A stretch of DNA of 54,148 nt. Source: Candidatus Doudnabacteria bacterium (GTDB taxonomy: Bacteria; Patescibacteriota; Doudnabacteria; UBA920). Under the pieces are notes generated by a model that saw only the letters and a program-made list of their open reading frames with translations, ran no database searches and was not told where the DNA came from. The stretch spans positions 1 to 54,148 of the forward strand of contig JARLHZ010000016.1 of the NCBI GenBank assembly GCA_031291995.1. Reading direction: 5' to 3'. This document shows, in pieces, positions 49,892 through 54,148 of this stretch. Made by a program: the position numbers and the translations under genes. Positions within the stretch are counted from its first letter, which is position 1, and each line of letters begins with the position of its first letter.

Positions 49892-50716
49892 TTATATTTC
49901 TTGATAAAGTTTTTCAACGCTCGTTGCCCGTGAATCGTTGCCCGTGATTTCTATCAGCACCCCATTTATTTGCAATACCCCGTCCTCCTCGACTTCGTTT
50001 TTAAATTTTTCTTCGGGATGTAAAAATTTTCGCAGGACGCTTTCTTTTTTTACGCCAATGACCCCGTCGCGCGGGCCGGTCATGCCGACATCGGAAATGT
50101 AGGCTGTACCGCCGGGCAATATCCTCGCGTCGGCGGTGGGCACGTGGGTGTGGGTGCCAAATACGCCGGTTACCCTACCGTCCGCGTAATATCCGAAAGC
50201 GATTTTTTCCGAGGTGGCTTCGCTGTGGAAGTCCACTATTATTATATCACCTTTTTGGCCTTCCTGAGTCAAGACCCCGTCCAAAGCAAAAAACGGATTG
50301 GCAATGCCGCCATTAAACTGTTTTTCCATAAATACCTGGCCATTGAGGTTTATAACCAAATATTGCCGGCCTTTTTTGGAAAATCGATAGTATCCGTGCC
50401 CCGGGGCCTGCTGTTTTTGGTTGGCCTTATCCAGGAGAAATTCATAGTTTAACGGGCGGATGAGCTTATTGTATTTTTCAAAACACCCCGCCGCGTCTTT
50501 GTTGAAAATATGGTTTCCGGAGGTATAGCAGTCAATATCCAAATCATCCAGTTCCGCCAAAGTTGACGGGGTCACGCCCTTGCCGTGAGCCATGTTTTCC
50601 ACGTTAACGATTACCGCGTCGGGATTATATTTTTTCCGCCACTGGGGCAGGACCTCGCGGAGAATTTTCCGTCCGCCTTTGCCGACTATATCGCCGATGA
50701 ATAAAATTTTAGGCAT
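49892..50716 (-). CDS. ymdB: YmdB-family metallophosphoesterase
   Basis: LFIGDIVG, DFHSEATSEK, GTHTHVPTAD; follows rny; start ATG 50716. Confidence 0.92.
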   Translation of the reverse strand: MPKILFIGDIVGKGGRKILREVLPQWRKKYNPDAVIVNVENMAHGKGVTPSTLAELDDLDIDCYTSGNHIFNKDAAGCFEKYNKLIRPLNYEFLLDKANQKQQAPGHGYYRFSKKGRQYLVINLNGQVFMEKQFNGGIANPFFALDGVLTQEGQKGDIIIVDFHSEATSEKIAFGYYADGRVTGVFGTHTHVPTADARILPGGTAYISDVGMTGPRDGVIGVKKESVLRKFLHPEEKFKNEVEEDGVLQINGVLIEITGNDSRATSVEKLYQEI

Positions 50717-50773
50717 GAAGCATGAAGCATGAAGCATGAAGCATGAAGCATGAAGCATGAAGCATGAAGCATG
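50713..50773. repeat. Perfect heptamer tandem repeat (GCATGAA)8 + GCATG
   Basis: Read directly; overlaps the ymdB start codon. Confidence 0.95.
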
Positions 50774-50812
50774 GTTAGTATGTGCCATGTTTCAAGTTTC
50801 ATGTTTTATTAT

Positions 50813-52351
50813 CTATCTCGCGTACTCTATAACCCTGGTCTCCCTAATAACGTGCACTTTAATTTCTCCGGGGAACTTGAGTTCGTTTTCCAGGCGATTG
50901 GCAATTTCGCGCGCCAATTTTTGGCAGGCCAAATCGTCCAATTTGGAAGGTGTGACAAACACGCGGATTTCACGGCCGCCCTGAATGGCGTAGGTTTTTT
51001 CCACGCCTTCAAACGAGTTGGCAATATTTTCCAAATCGGTTAAACGCTTGATATAATTTTCTAATGTATCCTTGCGCGCGCCGGGTCGGGCGCCGGAAAT
51101 GTTGTCGCACGCGTCCACTATAATAGCTTCCACGCTTTGGGCGGCTTCCGATTTGCCGGAAACGTCGGTATCATGGTGGTGGGAAGCAATGGCTTCAATC
51201 ACCCGGGCATCCAGCCCGAATTTTTCGGCGACTTTTTTGCCCAAGTCCACATGACTGCCTTCCAAATCCTGATCCAAAGCTTTGCCGATGTCGTGGAGCA
51301 AGCAGCCTTGTTTGGTAATGTTAACATCGGCTTCCAGCTCTTCGGCCATAAGCGCGCCGATTTTAGCCATTTCCACCGAGTGCCTTAATATATTTTGTCC
51401 GTAAGAGGTCCTAAAAAGCAACCGTCCGATTAAATGCACCAGCTTGGGAGGGAAATTGGTAATGCCCAATTCATAAACCGCGGCTTCACCGGCCTGTTTG
51501 ATTTGCTCGTTAATTTCCGCTTTGCTTTTTTCGTATGCTTCTTCAATGCGTGCCGGATGGATGCGTCCGTCGGCCAAAAGTTTTTCCAAAGTCATTTTGG
51601 CAATATGGCGGCGGATGCTGTTAAAGCCGCTAATTACCACGGTATCCGGGCTGTCGTCAATTAAAATTTCCACGCCCAACATCTGCTCAAAAGCGCGGAT
51701 GTTGCGGCCTTCCTTGCCGATAATGCGCCCCTTCATTTCTTCGCTGGGAATTTGCACCGTTGTGGTGGTCACTTCGGCCGTTACTTCGCTGGCTACGCGC
51801 TCAATAGCCTGGGCCACAATATTGCGCCCCTGGCGCTCGGCGTCTTCGTGGGTTTGGGTCAGCAGCTTTTTATGCAAGCCGACCAGTTCCTCCTTGACGG
51901 TTTTTTCGGCGTTGTCCAAAAGGACTTTGGCCGCTTCTTCGCGGGTCATGCCGGCGATTTTTTGCAAATTGTCGAGTTGTTTTTGGCGCAACTCCTTGAT
52001 TTCTTCCTGAATTTGTTTTATTTGTTCGCCTTTTTGTTCCAGGTCGGACTTTTGTTTGTCCACGGAAGCGGATTTTTGTTCCAGCTCTTTTTCGCGCCGG
52101 TCTATCCGTTCTTCAAAACGCACAATCTGCGAGCGGAATTCGGACTCCTGCTTTTTGGCCTGCTCAATAATTTCCAAAGACCTGGTCTTGGCTTCCAAGA
52201 GCAGTTCTTTTTCACGGTTTTTAGCGTCCTCCAAAATTTTCTCGGCCCGTCCTTCGGCGCTGCCGATTTTTTTACCGGCCTGTGACTGGCGGTACAAATA
52301 GCCGCCTGCCGCTCCGGCCACTAACCCGATGACAATGTATAAGACAATCAT
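50813..52351 (-). CDS. rny: Ribonuclease Y
   Basis: TM, coiled coil, KGRIIGKEGRNIR (KH), LLHDIGK (HD). Confidence 0.97.
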   Translation of the reverse strand: MIVLYIVIGLVAGAAGGYLYRQSQAGKKIGSAEGRAEKILEDAKNREKELLLEAKTRSLEIIEQAKKQESEFRSQIVRFEERIDRREKELEQKSASVDKQKSDLEQKGEQIKQIQEEIKELRQKQLDNLQKIAGMTREEAAKVLLDNAEKTVKEELVGLHKKLLTQTHEDAERQGRNIVAQAIERVASEVTAEVTTTTVQIPSEEMKGRIIGKEGRNIRAFEQMLGVEILIDDSPDTVVISGFNSIRRHIAKMTLEKLLADGRIHPARIEEAYEKSKAEINEQIKQAGEAAVYELGITNFPPKLVHLIGRLLFRTSYGQNILRHSVEMAKIGALMAEELEADVNITKQGCLLHDIGKALDQDLEGSHVDLGKKVAEKFGLDARVIEAIASHHHDTDVSGKSEAAQSVEAIIVDACDNISGARPGARKDTLENYIKRLTDLENIANSFEGVEKTYAIQGGREIRVFVTPSKLDDLACQKLAREIANRLENELKFPGEIKVHVIRETRVIEYAR

Positions 52352-52738
52352 AAAAATACCTTACAACCGCGCGGGTAAGGGACAAAATTATGCAAAAATA
52401 GCTAATTTTAAATTAGCGGATGATCTTTCTATTGGATTTGGAACTGATGATGAAGTTCACAGTTGAAAAATCAAGAAAAATGCTGAAGTTTGCGAAATTC
52501 TGTCTTTTGCCTTGCCTTTTCGCGGAAAAATTAATCTCTTTCAATAGACCAATGCTACCATAGTTTGGAGTTTTGGTCAAACGGGACTATAATAGGTTAT
52601 GGGTTATAAGTTATGGAAACCGGTAAGGAAAATGGATGTTGGTCTTAAGGTCTTTAGCGCTAATGGTCTACATACTAAAGCCTGTGACCTTACTAACTTT
52701 CATAACCTACAACTACTTACTATTAAATCCACAAACAT

Positions 52739-53320
52739 ATGAAGCACACATTGCCCCCCCTGCCTTACGGCTACGATGCTCTGGAACCCTACATAGACGC
52801 CAAGACAATGGAGATTCACTACACCAAGCATCACCAGGCATATATAGACAAATTGAACGCGGCTTTGGAAAAATATCCGGAATTGCAGGATATGGCGGTG
52901 GAAGTTTTGTTAAAGAACATTAAGACCTTAAAAGTTGAGGACAAGGATCGAATGGCCATCCAAAATCACGGCGGCGGTCATGCGAACCATTCGTTTTTTT
53001 GGCAGATAATGGGCCCTCAGAAAGAAGTTGATAAAAAGTTAGTTTCCGAAATCGAGTCGGCATTCGGCTCGTCGGATGAATTTAAGAAAAAATTTACGGA
53101 CGCCGCCGCATCCCGGTTCGGATCGGGATGGGCTTGGCTGGTTAAGAAGGCGGATGGAAAATTGGACGTTTATTCCACGGGCAACCAGGACAGTCCCCTT
53201 ATGGCGGGAGACACGCCGGTTATCGGACTGGATGTATGGGAACATGCTTATTACCTGAAGTATCAAAACAAGCGGCCAGATTATATTACGGCGTGGTGGA
53301 ATGTGTTAAAGTTGGTATAA
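52739..53320 (+). CDS. sodA: Fe/Mn superoxide dismutase
   Basis: [24 protein letters not shown]. Confidence 0.93.
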   Translation: MKHTLPPLPYGYDALEPYIDAKTMEIHYTKHHQAYIDKLNAALEKYPELQDMAVEVLLKNIKTLKVEDKDRMAIQNHGGGHANHSFFWQIMGPQKEVDKKLVSEIESAFGSSDEFKKKFTDAAASRFGSGWAWLVKKADGKLDVYSTGNQDSPLMAGDTPVIGLDVWEHAYYLKYQNKRPDYITAWWNVLKLV

Positions 53321-53342
53321 TCAAAATAAATTTAGTCAAAAC

Positions 53343-53376
53343 AAAAGGACTGCCTAATTCGGGCAGTCCTTTTTTT
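53343..53376. terminator. Bidirectional terminator
   Basis: AAAAGGACTGCC...GGCAGTCCTTTTTTT. Confidence 0.85.
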
Positions 53377-53385
53377 AATTTCAAA

Positions 53386-53628
53386 TTACATAGTCGGCTT
53401 TGGCATGCCGGGGTTGGAGGATGTGCCGCACATCTTACAGTTGGTTTTGTGGGTGAATAATTCGTAAATGGCGGATAAGCCGACTAAAATGTAAACAATC
53501 ATCGGCAGAGCCGAGCGCATATCCATACCTAAGAAACCAAAAAGATCTTTGCCGAAAATACCGACCAAAAGCCAGTTAAGGCCGCCGATTATAACTAAAA
53601 TCCAGGCAATCATGTGGAGAGCTTTCAT
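53386..53628 (-). CDS. DUF378 family small membrane protein
   Basis: LVIIGGLNWLLVG...VYILVGLSA. Confidence 0.85.
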   Translation of the reverse strand: MKALHMIAWILVIIGGLNWLLVGIFGKDLFGFLGMDMRSALPMIVYILVGLSAIYELFTHKTNCKMCGTSSNPGMPKPTM

Positions 53629-54029
53629 AATACTCACCCCCTTTTTGCCCGCTGTCGAATCATTTATTCAATCAACGGTTTTTGTTTCAGTTAGTTTATC
53701 CAGGCACCTTCTTCAATATTCCAGATTTATGAGGAGGTTATTAAAGTTTATGACCTTTCCGCGGAGATTAAATATCCCTTGGAAAGGTGCCTGGAATTAA
53801 TTTCCGCTTAGACCTGAGCGGAAAGCCCTGTTTTTACTCGTTTTACTGAGGGCTTTTTCAACTGCCTTAAGTATAGTAGTTAAGCCGGAATATGCCAAAT
53901 TGGAGTCTTGGTTATCCCCCAAGGGGAATTGACAAAAATGACAAAATTTAAAAAATTTAAAAAATTGACATAATTAGGCGCAATCTAATTTTGTCAATTT
54001 TGTTCAATTATTTAAATTTTGTCAATTCT

Positions 54030-54148
54030 TTTTACCATCCAAACATTTTTCCCACTTCTTCCGATGTTTCGCGACGGCGGGTTTACCCGCCAAAGCGCCA
54101 AGATGGTATCGGCTGAGGTAATTATTTTACCATCCAAACATTTTTCCC
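54030..54148. repeat. 24-bp direct repeat, second copy cut by window edge
   Basis: TTTTACCATCCAAACATTTTTCCC at 54030-54053 and 54125-54148. Confidence 0.85.

Noticed and set aside
50717-50788. MAHTNHASCFMLHASCF... N-terminus of YmdB
   Set aside because: It is the translation of the heptamer repeat; family similarity starts at MPKILFIGD.
54030-54148. CRISPR array or DGR template/variable repeat
   Set aside because: Only two identical copies with a 71-nt spacer; no cas or reverse transcriptase in the window and no adenine-specific differences.

Overview
Window from a probable Patescibacteria/CPR (Parcubacteria-like) genome. The right part (43.8-54.1 kb) is host chromosome (clpP, nusA, yraN, ymdB, rny, sod, pilin) with palindromic intergenic repeats. 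A minus-strand 16S rRNA gene (about 43046-40677, no 23S in the window) carries a 900-nt group I intron with a frameshifted LAGLIDADG ORF. Everything downstream of the 16S is accessory DNA. A 20-bp copy of the 16S 3' end (anti-SD region) at 40670-40689 recurs exactly at 7053-7072. Each copy is followed by a diverged but structurally conserved ~255-260-nt trailer and a closely related XerC/D-like recombinase gene. Both trailers contain three segments complementary to the 16S 5' leader. The best reading is two tandem integrative elements that target the 16S 3' end and bring their own pre-rRNA processing trailer and terminator. Element 1 (~33.6 kb) carries a PLD-SNF2/Type IIG-like defence operon, a giant surface protein, an ArdC/RadC microprotein operon, a primase-helicase module with a third recombinase, and a zeta toxin. 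Element 2 carries a small-molecule modification/efflux cluster; its far end is not visible. All calls are by eye, with no database search.
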